Shown piece after piece: positions 18,237 to 26,406 of a DNA stretch of 64,000 bases (position 1 is the stretch's first letter; each line of letters opens with the position of its first letter). Both the position numbers and the translations under genes were made by a program. The stretch is from Verrucomicrobia bacterium UBA6614. Lineage in GTDB: Bacteria > Verrucomicrobiota > Verrucomicrobiia > Limisphaerales > UBA1100. Under the pieces are notes generated by a model, which made no database searches, had not been told where the DNA came from, and was given only the letters and a program-made list of their open reading frames with translations. The stretch is taken from assembly GCA_002433235.1 (NCBI GenBank), contig DJHS01000047.1:1369-65368 (forward strand), written 5' to 3'.

Positions 18237-19025
18237 TTATTTAATCTCAGGGAACTGTATCCAACGGTCCAATCCCTTGCCGTCTTCCTTGACTTCCTCC
18301 TGAACCACGACCGGCTTTGACGCGGGCAATTCCGTGGCAGACGGTGTTGGCTGGGCCGGCTGGGCTTTGGGTGCCGACAGTGTAGCCGGTTCCGGTTGTT
18401 TCGGTAATGGTGCGGGCTCTTCTTCTGTATCGTCCTTTATATCGAAGCTGCTGGTGAAGGATGATTTGGTGAAACTTGAGGATGAAATAAAGGGTGACCG
18501 GGTCTCTTGGGCGGGCTCCGGGGCAGGAGTTTTTGTGTCGGCCGCGGGAGCCTCTTCCTCGGGCTTGGCCCAGTTGATGTGGATGGCTGGGACCACGCCT
18601 ACCTCGATTTCGAAATTGCAAAGCTCCAGCGAGGAGAGGTTAACCTTGTCTTCCATCTGTTCCGCCTTGCGGATGGCTTTTAGTAGAGCGCTGACCACCT
18701 TGCGATCTTCATGCTTTTCAATCAGTTTCCTGAAGGCGCGGTCACTAATGTCTTCCACGCGACGAATACTGGGCACGACCTTGGGGTTGAACCCCATCTC
18801 GATGCGTAGTCCGATCAACTCATATCCTGCCTCCTCAAAAACAGACGTCGACTCCTGGATCTCCGTCAGGGTATCCATGATCTTCTCCTCGTTGTCTGCC
18901 TTTAGGTCCGACACCGTGCCTTCCACCTCCTCCCGCAGTTCGCGCAGGGTGGTCGAGCCCTCCTCAACCGCCTTGCGGATTTTCTCCGCTTTTGCCTTAA
19001 GATTCTTGATGAAACTGATCGCCAT
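18237..19025 (-). CDS. hypothetical acidic protein with Pro/Ala/Thr-rich low-complexity linker
   Basis: 262-aa ORF convergent with giant gene (12-nt gap); N-terminal ~170-aa helical domain, PAPEPAQ...PKAQPAQPTP linker, C-terminal LDRWIQFPEIK. Confidence 0.55.
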   Translation of the reverse strand: MAISFIKNLKAKAEKIRKAVEEGSTTLRELREEVEGTVSDLKADNEEKIMDTLTEIQESTSVFEEAGYELIGLRIEMGFNPKVVPSIRRVEDISDRAFRKLIEKHEDRKVVSALLKAIRKAEQMEDKVNLSSLELCNFEIEVGVVPAIHINWAKPEEEAPAADTKTPAPEPAQETRSPFISSSSFTKSSFTSSFDIKDDTEEEPAPLPKQPEPATLSAPKAQPAQPTPSATELPASKPVVVQEEVKEDGKGLDRWIQFPEIK

Positions 19026-19190
19026 GATATTTCCCGGGTTTGATGTTTGATATAGACGGTTTCGGCCGACGGCGCTGGGTGCCGCAATCCTAGGCTTTGC
19101 CTCGAGAAAGAAAAGTCAAATTTGCATATTGGCAGTGGGCTTCAAGCTGCCTACAATCGAATCACCCGACGCACGCAGATTCTTGTGGCC

Positions 19191-19904
19191 ATGAAAGATC
19201 ACGAAGTAAAAGATTATCTCCGAAAGACTTTTGATGACGGCAGGCTTGTCCGGAAGGAGCGGGATGCCCTGCAGGAATTGCTGGGCAAACGTGGAGTCAA
19301 CGACCAGAAGCGGGCGTTGTATCGCAGCATGGCTTTTGACATCGCCCGGGAGGTGAGTACGGCCGGCGATGCTGAGCAAAGACGCATGGTCATGGATTGG
19401 CTGGAGGCCGTCATCAAGGCCTTTTACCCTGCTGAGCCCATTGGTGTGGACGCCAACCGTGTCGAGGCAGAGGTATGGTTCAGCCCGGATGATGATTGCG
19501 TGGGCCGAATAATTGATCTTCTTGCCCAAGCCAGGCAAACCGTCGACATCTGTGTCTTTACCATAACCGACAACCGCATTGCCGAAGCCATCGCGCGTGC
19601 CCACCAGCGCGGCGTTCGGGTTCGCGTGATTTCCGATGATGACAAGGCCTTTGACAAGGGATCAGACGTGGGCCGGCTGCGCGGCCAGGGCATTGATTGC
19701 CGCGTGGATAACACCGAGCACCACATGCATCACAAGTTCGCGATTTTTGACCATCGGCTTTTGTTGACTGGCAGTTATAATTGGACTCGATCCGCCGCAT
19801 TGAACAATGAGGAGAACTTTGTTATTAGTGGCGATCCGAGGTTGTTGAAAAATTTCGCCCGAATGTTTGACAAGCTTTGGGCTGATTTCGGTCGGACCTC
19901 ATGA
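19191..19904 (+). CDS. phospholipase D-family single-HKD nuclease (Nuc/BfiI-like) with ~80-aa N-terminal extension
   Basis: HMHHKFAIFD...TGSYNWTRSA HxK(x)4D(x)6GSxN motif near 19727-19790; ATG 19191 (MKDHEVKDYL); ORF track opens at 19122 with TTG. Confidence 0.75.
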   Translation: MKDHEVKDYLRKTFDDGRLVRKERDALQELLGKRGVNDQKRALYRSMAFDIAREVSTAGDAEQRRMVMDWLEAVIKAFYPAEPIGVDANRVEAEVWFSPDDDCVGRIIDLLAQARQTVDICVFTITDNRIAEAIARAHQRGVRVRVISDDDKAFDKGSDVGRLRGQGIDCRVDNTEHHMHHKFAIFDHRLLLTGSYNWTRSAALNNEENFVISGDPRLLKNFARMFDKLWADFGRTS

Positions 19905-19923
19905 CCCAGCGCGCTCCAAGCGC

Positions 19924-22425
19924 ATGAAAAGCACGGAGCCATCCCCGCCCAAACGCAAGATTCGCCTTCGGTTCAAGGCGAAGGACTTGGAGCGCATTGA
20001 TATTGATGCGCTTCGCCGACAGCTTGGAGTAGCAAAGGAAAAGGAGCGCGGACCGAAGCCCTCAATCGAGACTGAGCCGGAGCCGGTTGTGGAACACACG
20101 TCTCCGCCAACTATCCATGAGCCATCCATTTCTGGGCAAGCGCAGCCGGGAATTCAGCAGAAGATCTCTTGGCGGTATGTTGCATTTGGTGCGGCTTGTT
20201 TAGGCGTCCTTGGGTTGATTGCATGGGGAATGGTCGGAGTTGTCAGCGGTCTGCTTGATAGTGGTTTAAGGGAGGAAGCCAAACCGAAGGTTCAAGGCAA
20301 CGGGGAAAAAGCTCCACCCGCGCCTTTATGGCCTAGGATTCCTGAGACAAAACCAAATTCACAAGTTCAAGTGATGGCGCAGAAAGGGAATCCGGATGCG
20401 GCGTTTGATTGGGGGGTTCATTTGGCCGGAAAGCTGGATGGCAACCCTGAGCTTGCCCCGGAAGTGTTTAATCATTTTCGGATTGCCGCCGAGGAAGGTC
20501 ATGGCCCCGCTATGATGAACCTCGCATGGTGTTATGAGAACGGCGTTGGAACGCCAGCTGAAATCACTGAGGGCCTCGGCACTGAGTTACGGGCAGAGGC
20601 TGATTTGCCGATTAGTCCCAAGGGTGAAAATTCTCGAATGGGCTGGGCAATTTTGGCGGGCATGGTGGGTTGGTTCGTTCTTTGGGCTGTATCCTCTATG
20701 GGCTGGAGCAAACGGATGGCAGGCCTTTCTGAAGAAGAACGGGGGTTTGTCGGCAAAGCGGCGCATGTTCATCTCGGCGGGTACGGGGAGGTTAGTTTGA
20801 AATCCATAGGCGGATTAGTCCTTTGCCCGCTTGTGCTTGGGTTTGCATGGATGATTTATCAGTCGGGCATCTGGGCAGGCGATGTTTTATACGCGTCAAT
20901 TGCGTTTGGCCTGCCGGCTTCAGTGTTGTTGCTTTACATTGTATCTCGGTTTCGCTGGGAACCGTTTGCGGCCTTCAATTATCACGCCGGCACCCGGATG
21001 CCGGATGGCTTCTGCGAAGAGACAGAATTCCACATGCTGATCCGAAAACTTCCCCTGCTGGTCATGTTGACGCTTTTGTTTTGGGATCTGGTCGAGCTTG
21101 GTTGGGCATTCTGTCTGGCTGTTGGACTGGTTTGGTGGATTCTTGGGAAAGGAGTTGATCCATTGCCACAGATTGACCTAAAGCCGCCCCGGAATGGGTT
21201 GGAAGAATCAAAAAAATATTGGTGGCCCATCCAAAACCTCCCCCGGTTTATTTTCATTGCGGCAGCTTATTATCTGTTTGGTTGGTTTGGGTTTTTGGCG
21301 GGATTTTCAATCTGTGCGATTGATATGTTGCCCTTGACAGGTTCCAAGCCACCGCCACGATTGCCTGAGACTTCAGCGCAATTCATAGAGCGAAGGGTTA
21401 TTCATAATGTGTCAGCGATGAGGGTTTGGTGGGGCGTTTGGGTAACACTTTTATTGGTATTGTCGTTAACGAGCGAGTATGCGGTGAGTATGGTAAGGGA
21501 GATTGGAATTATTTCGTTCATTATCGCAATCATCTTTCTGTCATGGATGTGGCCCAAGGGATCCAAGATCCAGCCGGAAGCTATTCGATATATGCCGAGA
21601 TGGATCGCGGTTGCTTGGGCACAAGTCGTCATAGGGTATGCCTGCTGGGCATTCACTGGATTGGTGTGGGTTCAATTCACTTTCGTCGTCTTGGGATTGC
21701 TGGGGTTGTCCTTTTGCCGGATGATACTTCTCAATGGAGAAAAAACATCCCTAGGTCGCCAATTGACATGGGGTTTTCGTGATGAGTGTTGGCTTATGAG
21801 TTGGTGGCGAATTAAATCCCCGCATTTGCTTTTCACGGCGGCAGTTGTGGGGGCGTTGCTGGTTTTATGGGAGAATGGCCTTGTATTTTACGGCCTCAAG
21901 CAATGGGGAATTGGCACGGTGGTATTGGGAGGGATGTTTATTTTGGCGGTTGGGAAGGGCGGGGAAGAAAGCGGAGATAACAGAAATTTATCCCGCCTTG
22001 CGAAACCGGACTTAAGGTTGAGCAGTGTGTTGGCCGAGAATGGCATTCTGATCCTGGCGGGAGGGATGTTGATTGCCTTGCTCGTTCCGGAAAATTCAAG
22101 GTTTGGATGGTTTGAATATTTTTGGGCAGCGACCTTGTTTATGGGCATGCCAATCATGTTCTTGGTTGCCTTGGCTTGGGTGAAGCTTCGGAGGCTATCC
22201 TTGTTCGGAAAGCAGTTCAGAGAGCGTGAACCGATATTTGTTCATGAAACAAGAGGTTTGCAGGTGAGATGGGGTAGACTTTGTGCTGTAGCTGTTCTAG
22301 CGGGAATCTTGGCGGCTTCGACGATTACCGGCTTAACCGGCGGCATGCACAAGGGCTTTCGAGTAATCGTTGATGGCTGGGGTTATCAAGTAATCGATGG
22401 GGGATTTTACCTCCCGGATAAATAG
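19924..22425 (+). CDS. polytopic membrane protein with N-terminal Lys-rich cytoplasmic tail and a Sel1-like repeat; unknown function
   Basis: ATG 19924 (MKSTEPSPPKRKIRLRFKAK); Sel1/TPR-like AAFDWGVHLAGKLDGNPELAPEVFNHFRIAAEEGHGPAMMNLAWCYENGVG near 20390-20550; >15 hydrophobic segments; local GC ~40-50% versus ~60% background. Confidence 0.7.
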   Translation: MKSTEPSPPKRKIRLRFKAKDLERIDIDALRRQLGVAKEKERGPKPSIETEPEPVVEHTSPPTIHEPSISGQAQPGIQQKISWRYVAFGAACLGVLGLIAWGMVGVVSGLLDSGLREEAKPKVQGNGEKAPPAPLWPRIPETKPNSQVQVMAQKGNPDAAFDWGVHLAGKLDGNPELAPEVFNHFRIAAEEGHGPAMMNLAWCYENGVGTPAEITEGLGTELRAEADLPISPKGENSRMGWAILAGMVGWFVLWAVSSMGWSKRMAGLSEEERGFVGKAAHVHLGGYGEVSLKSIGGLVLCPLVLGFAWMIYQSGIWAGDVLYASIAFGLPASVLLLYIVSRFRWEPFAAFNYHAGTRMPDGFCEETEFHMLIRKLPLLVMLTLLFWDLVELGWAFCLAVGLVWWILGKGVDPLPQIDLKPPRNGLEESKKYWWPIQNLPRFIFIAAAYYLFGWFGFLAGFSICAIDMLPLTGSKPPPRLPETSAQFIERRVIHNVSAMRVWWGVWVTLLLVLSLTSEYAVSMVREIGIISFIIAIIFLSWMWPKGSKIQPEAIRYMPRWIAVAWAQVVIGYACWAFTGLVWVQFTFVVLGLLGLSFCRMILLNGEKTSLGRQLTWGFRDECWLMSWWRIKSPHLLFTAAVVGALLVLWENGLVFYGLKQWGIGTVVLGGMFILAVGKGGEESGDNRNLSRLAKPDLRLSSVLAENGILILAGGMLIALLVPENSRFGWFEYFWAATLFMGMPIMFLVALAWVKLRRLSLFGKQFREREPIFVHETRGLQVRWGRLCAVAVLAGILAASTITGLTGGMHKGFRVIVDGWGYQVIDGGFYLPDK

Positions 22426-22433
22426 CGGAACGA

Positions 22434-23708
22434 CTATCGGCCGATACACCAGAGATGGGTGTGAGTGCGCAGGAAGAATTGGCCGTCGGAGACAGCGAGG
22501 GATGCGTTGGTCAAGGCACCGTCCAGTGGGTTGATCCCCAGGATTTTGAACTTGGGTGATGCGGCCAGAACCAGCGTTTCCGCGGATTGGTTGGGGATAT
22601 AGATTCGATCGCCTGAGAGAACCATGGAGGACCAGGATTCCTGCTTGGCTGCCTTGCCGCGGGCGCGTTCGCTGAATAGCACCTTGCCGGTTTTAAGTTC
22701 AATGCAATCGAGAATGCCGGCGGTGTTTAAAACATAAGCGTGCCCATCATGAATCACCCCGCTGCCCAGTCGGTTGGGGGTGCGCACGGTTTGCCAAAGA
22801 CGCCGGTTGGTGGTGACATCGCCCGTGCCTCCGATGTTTACCGCCACGCTGGTGCCAAAGTAGCCCCCCATGGCCACCACCGTGTTTTCGCCAAAAATAG
22901 GGGAGCAATAGATCAACGGGTTGAGTCCTTCACAGTGCCAGAGCACTCGGCCAGTAGCCGGATCATGGGCGCGAATGCGGCCGGGGGGCGTCATTACAAT
23001 TGCTTCCCCCTTGCCATGGGGGACGATCAATGGGGTGGCATAACTGCAGATCCAGTTGCTGGTGTCGCGGCTGCCGCGAAATCCATCGGTGCGGCCTTTT
23101 GTCTGGACAGGCGGGTCGGCGCTGGTCCAGAGGGTTTTGCCGGTGCGTTTGTCCAGCGCCATCAGGTGAGCCTTGGGAGCAGGACCTCGGTAGATATAGA
23201 CGCGGTTTTCATGAATGACGGGTGAAACGGCGCTGCCCCAGTCGAAGGAGATGGGGTTTAGGTCTGTCCGGCTCCATAACGGCTTGCCTTCCAGATCGTA
23301 ACAGAAGACGCCCGCTGAGCCGAACATGGCAATGACGCGTTCCCCATCCGTGGCGGGCGATTCTGAGCAATAGGGGTTTGTTCGGTGCGTTCTTTCTTTG
23401 GTTTCATGTTTGACCGCGCGTTGCCAAAGCAACGTGCCGTTTCGGCGATCCAGACACATGAGGGTGCGCTGATTTTCCTTTTCCAGTGGTTGGGTCAAAA
23501 AAATCCTGTCACCCCAGATTATGGGGGTGGAGTTGCCTCTTTGGGGGAGTTCGATTTTCCAGGTAATGTTCTCGGTGGCGCTCCACTTCAAGGGAAGATT
23601 GCGTTCCGTGGTTTCTCCGGTGCCCGAGGGGCCGCGCCACATGGGCCAGTTGGCGGCGGTCAGGAAAGAGGCGGCAAGCCACAGGAAAAGAACGTAGAGA
23701 ATTTTCAT
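22434..23708 (-). CDS. PQQ-like beta-propeller repeat protein (BamB/PQQ-enzyme repeat family), secreted
   Basis: signal peptide MKILYVLFLWLAASFLTAA followed by NWPMWRGPSGTGE; blade repeats LWQ.../LWT...; paralog of 32019, 36400, 44106. Confidence 0.85.
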   Translation of the reverse strand: MKILYVLFLWLAASFLTAANWPMWRGPSGTGETTERNLPLKWSATENITWKIELPQRGNSTPIIWGDRIFLTQPLEKENQRTLMCLDRRNGTLLWQRAVKHETKERTHRTNPYCSESPATDGERVIAMFGSAGVFCYDLEGKPLWSRTDLNPISFDWGSAVSPVIHENRVYIYRGPAPKAHLMALDKRTGKTLWTSADPPVQTKGRTDGFRGSRDTSNWICSYATPLIVPHGKGEAIVMTPPGRIRAHDPATGRVLWHCEGLNPLIYCSPIFGENTVVAMGGYFGTSVAVNIGGTGDVTTNRRLWQTVRTPNRLGSGVIHDGHAYVLNTAGILDCIELKTGKVLFSERARGKAAKQESWSSMVLSGDRIYIPNQSAETLVLAASPKFKILGINPLDGALTNASLAVSDGQFFLRTHTHLWCIGR

Positions 23709-23794
23709 GCGCAGAGAATAACCAGCGGAACGATGGGTGCAAGCGTGGGTTGATGGTTGCCATATCGATCGCTGGCCGATTAACTGGCTGCAGC

Positions 23795-24430
23795 ATGACC
23801 GACTTGGTTCTGGCAACCCGCAACCGGCATAAGGTTGAAGAATTGTACTCGATGTTGGGGGACGAATTTCGATTCAAGACGCTGGCTGATTTTTCCGGGC
23901 TGCCGGAGGTGCCAGAGCACGCGGAAAGTTTCGCAGGCAACGCTACGCTAAAGGCCTTGACGATGGCGCAGTTAATTGGCGCTGAGGCAGGGCATAGCAA
24001 CAGGTTTGTAATCGCGGATGATTCCGGCTTGGAGGTGGATGCCCTTGGCGGTGCGCCCGGTGTCCATTCGGCTCGTTACGCTTCCTCTGGCTCGGTAAAT
24101 GCGAGTGATGAGGATAACAATGCCAAGCTTCTGAAGGAACTGGAGAATGTTCCTCCTGGAAATCGTGGAGCGAGGTTCGTTTGTGTCATTGCCTCGGCGG
24201 AAATTGTTGGGCGTGATAAAACCCCTGAAGTCCATTTGAGCGAGGGGAGGTGCGAAGGGTCCATTGCAGTGGCCTCAAGTGGCGCGGAGGGATTTGGGTA
24301 CGATCCCTTGTTTATCCCCTCTGGGCATGATCAGACATTCGCCGAGATGGGGGCAGCGGAAAAGAACGCAATCAGTCACCGTGCGAACGCACTGAAGGGT
24401 CTGTTTGAGTGGTTGCGGCAGGTTACCTGA
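23795..24430 (+). CDS. rdgB: dITP/XTP pyrophosphatase (Ham1/RdgB family)
   Basis: MTDLVLATRNRHKVEE...FGYDPLFIP...ISHRANAL Ham1 signature. Confidence 0.85.
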   Translation: MTDLVLATRNRHKVEELYSMLGDEFRFKTLADFSGLPEVPEHAESFAGNATLKALTMAQLIGAEAGHSNRFVIADDSGLEVDALGGAPGVHSARYASSGSVNASDEDNNAKLLKELENVPPGNRGARFVCVIASAEIVGRDKTPEVHLSEGRCEGSIAVASSGAEGFGYDPLFIPSGHDQTFAEMGAAEKNAISHRANALKGLFEWLRQVT

Positions 24431-25355
24431 TGTTGATGCCCTTGAGGGCATTTTCCAAACTTCCCAAGCCGTCGCCACTGGATTCTGGGTTTAGCAGTTT
24501 CTTGAGGTATGCAATTCCATCGGGGATTCTCTGAACCGTGCCCGGCAGCGTGGCACCGCAGGCGTTGGGGTGGCCTCCGCCTTGCAGCTGCTTGGCAACC
24601 GGAAGTGCCTCACCGTTTCTGCTGCGAAGGCTGATGTTCACCGTGCGGAACCGCGTGCTCATGGTAGCCAGGATAGGGTAGGGGACGGCGTTGTCGTCCA
24701 GCAGTTCGTGGACGATGGTGTTGCTATCGCCCACGGGCACATCCACCAAGCCTACGTTGTCGGAAATGCGCTCCACGTTTGCTTTGGCATGAGCAAAACC
24801 AAGTGGATTCTCCACTTCGCGGCGAGTGGCAACTACCTTCAGAAGCGGATGATCCACCAGGGATTCCAAGTCGTTTCCCACCAGTGTGTGGAGGTTCCAG
24901 AAAAAATATTGTTTAACAAGGCTTCCGTAATCAATCGCGGTCACGAATTCAGGGTCACCGGTCAGGAACAGGTCGCCGACATTTGTGAGATGGACCAGTC
25001 GGTCGAGCGCTTCATTGCCAAGGTTATGTTCCTTGCAGAGTTCATAGCAAAGTAGCGAGGCTGACTTGGTGGTGTCATGAACCAGTCGGCAGTGCTGGGG
25101 TGTCACATCAGTCGCGTGATGGTCCACGATCAACCAATTTTCGCGGTCCATGCGCGCGGCAAAATTCAAGTCACAGACCCAGGCGCATTGTTCCCGTAAC
25201 GGGCGCCTTTCCCAATTGTTGTAATTCCACGCCTGCAGCGGCACCTCCCTGTCAAACAGCGCCTTCGCCAAGCGCTGCAGAAGGTGTCCTGAGACAAATC
25301 CGTCTAGGTCGCTCTCATGCGTGATCACTACCTCCGGTTGGGGCAAGTTATTCAT
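24423..25355 (-). CDS. DHH/DHHA1 family phosphoesterase (NrnA-like oligoribonuclease/pAp phosphatase)
   Basis: ITHESDLDGFVSGHLL (DHH motif I), LIVDHH, C-terminal GGGHPNACGATL DHHA1 motif. Confidence 0.8.
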   Translation of the reverse strand: MNNLPQPEVVITHESDLDGFVSGHLLQRLAKALFDREVPLQAWNYNNWERRPLREQCAWVCDLNFAARMDRENWLIVDHHATDVTPQHCRLVHDTTKSASLLCYELCKEHNLGNEALDRLVHLTNVGDLFLTGDPEFVTAIDYGSLVKQYFFWNLHTLVGNDLESLVDHPLLKVVATRREVENPLGFAHAKANVERISDNVGLVDVPVGDSNTIVHELLDDNAVPYPILATMSTRFRTVNISLRSRNGEALPVAKQLQGGGHPNACGATLPGTVQRIPDGIAYLKKLLNPESSGDGLGSLENALKGINIR

Positions 25356-25449
25356 GGGCGGAAACTAGCCGGACAACGACTCGTCGCCAAGCGTTTCCCG
25401 CTTTTTCCTTTTCGTGTTAAGGACGATCACGCACCATCCCCAGCTCATG

Positions 25450-26253
25450 AGCCTGTTTGACCTGACTGATGAAGTGGCTGTGGTGATCGGTGCCACCGGC
25501 GCCCTCGGCGGCGCCTGTGCGGTGGCGATGGCCGAGGCCGGTGCCAAAATGGCCGTGGTGGGCCGCAGCGCCGAACGCGGCGAGGCGCGCGTAAGCGAAA
25601 TCACCGAGGCCGGCGGTACAGCGCAATTTTTCAGCTGCGACGCGATGGGTCCGGACAGCCTCAAGGCCTGCCACGAGGCGGTTACCGAGGCTCTCGGCGC
25701 ACCGACGGTTTTGTTGAATGCCGCCGGCGGCAATCATCCCGATGCCACCGTCACGCCCGAGATGCCGTTTGAAAACATCCCCCTGCCCGCATGGGCAAAG
25801 GTGTTTGACCTCAATCTCGTAGGCGGACTGCTCTTGCCCTGCCAGGAATTCGGCCCGGCCATGTGCGAGCGCGGCAAGGGCAGCATCATCAACATTGCCA
25901 GCCTCACCTCGCACCTGCCGCTCTCCAAGGTGATTGCCTATTCCGCCTCCAAGGCCGCCGTACTGAGTGCCACCCGTTTCCTCGCGCGCGAATGGGCCAT
26001 GAAAGGCGTGCGCGTAAACAGTATCACGCCCGGCTTTTTTCCGGCCGAACAAAACAAGAAACTGCTCTTCAACGAGGACGGCACGCCGAGCGATCGGGCC
26101 AAGGCAATCTTTGGTCACACGCCAATGGACCGTTTTGGTGACCCCAAGGAACTTGCCGGCGCCGCGGTGTATCTCGCCAGTGAAAAGGCCGCCAGCTTCG
26201 TGACCGGCTCGGACATTGTGGTGGACGGCGGGTTTTTAGCGCAGACGATTTAA
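25450..26253 (+). CDS. SDR family oxidoreductase (short-chain dehydrogenase)
   Basis: VIGATGALGGA Rossmann motif, NAAG, Y-x3-K (YSASKAA) catalytic motif. Confidence 0.8.
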   Translation, partial: SLFDLTDEVAVVIGATGALGGACAVAMAEAGAKMAVVGRSAERGEARVSEITEAGGTAQFFSCDAMGPDSLKACHEAVTEALGAPTVLLNAAGGNHPDATVTPEMPFENIPLPAWAKVFDLNLVGGLLLPCQEFGPAMCERGKGSIINIASLTSHLPLSKVIAYSASKAAVLSATRFLAREWAMKGVRVNSITPGFFPAEQNKKLLFNEDGTPSDRAKAIFGHTPMDRFGDPKELAGAAVYLASEKAASFVTGSDIVVDGGFLAQTI

Positions 26254-26254
26254 T

Positions 26255-26399
26255 GTGCTGCCGGCATCTTGCCGGCAGGCCAATCGCGCACAATAATCAA
26301 TTCATGAAAACCCAGAAATCCAAATTGAATCCCAAGCCTCCCCTCCGCGCACTTTTGTAAGCAGGCATTGCCTGCCTGCCGGCAAGATGCCGGCAGCAC
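26255..26399. repeat. pair of 25-nt perfect inverted repeats (each itself a hairpin) bracketing ~95 bp upstream of the LarA-like gene
   Basis: gtgctgccggcatcttgccggcagg (26255-26279) is the exact reverse complement of cctgccggcaagatgccggcagcac (26375-26399); additional hairpin gcaggcattgcctgc 26361-26375. Confidence 0.6.
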
Positions 26400-26406
26400 T
26401 TTAGCG

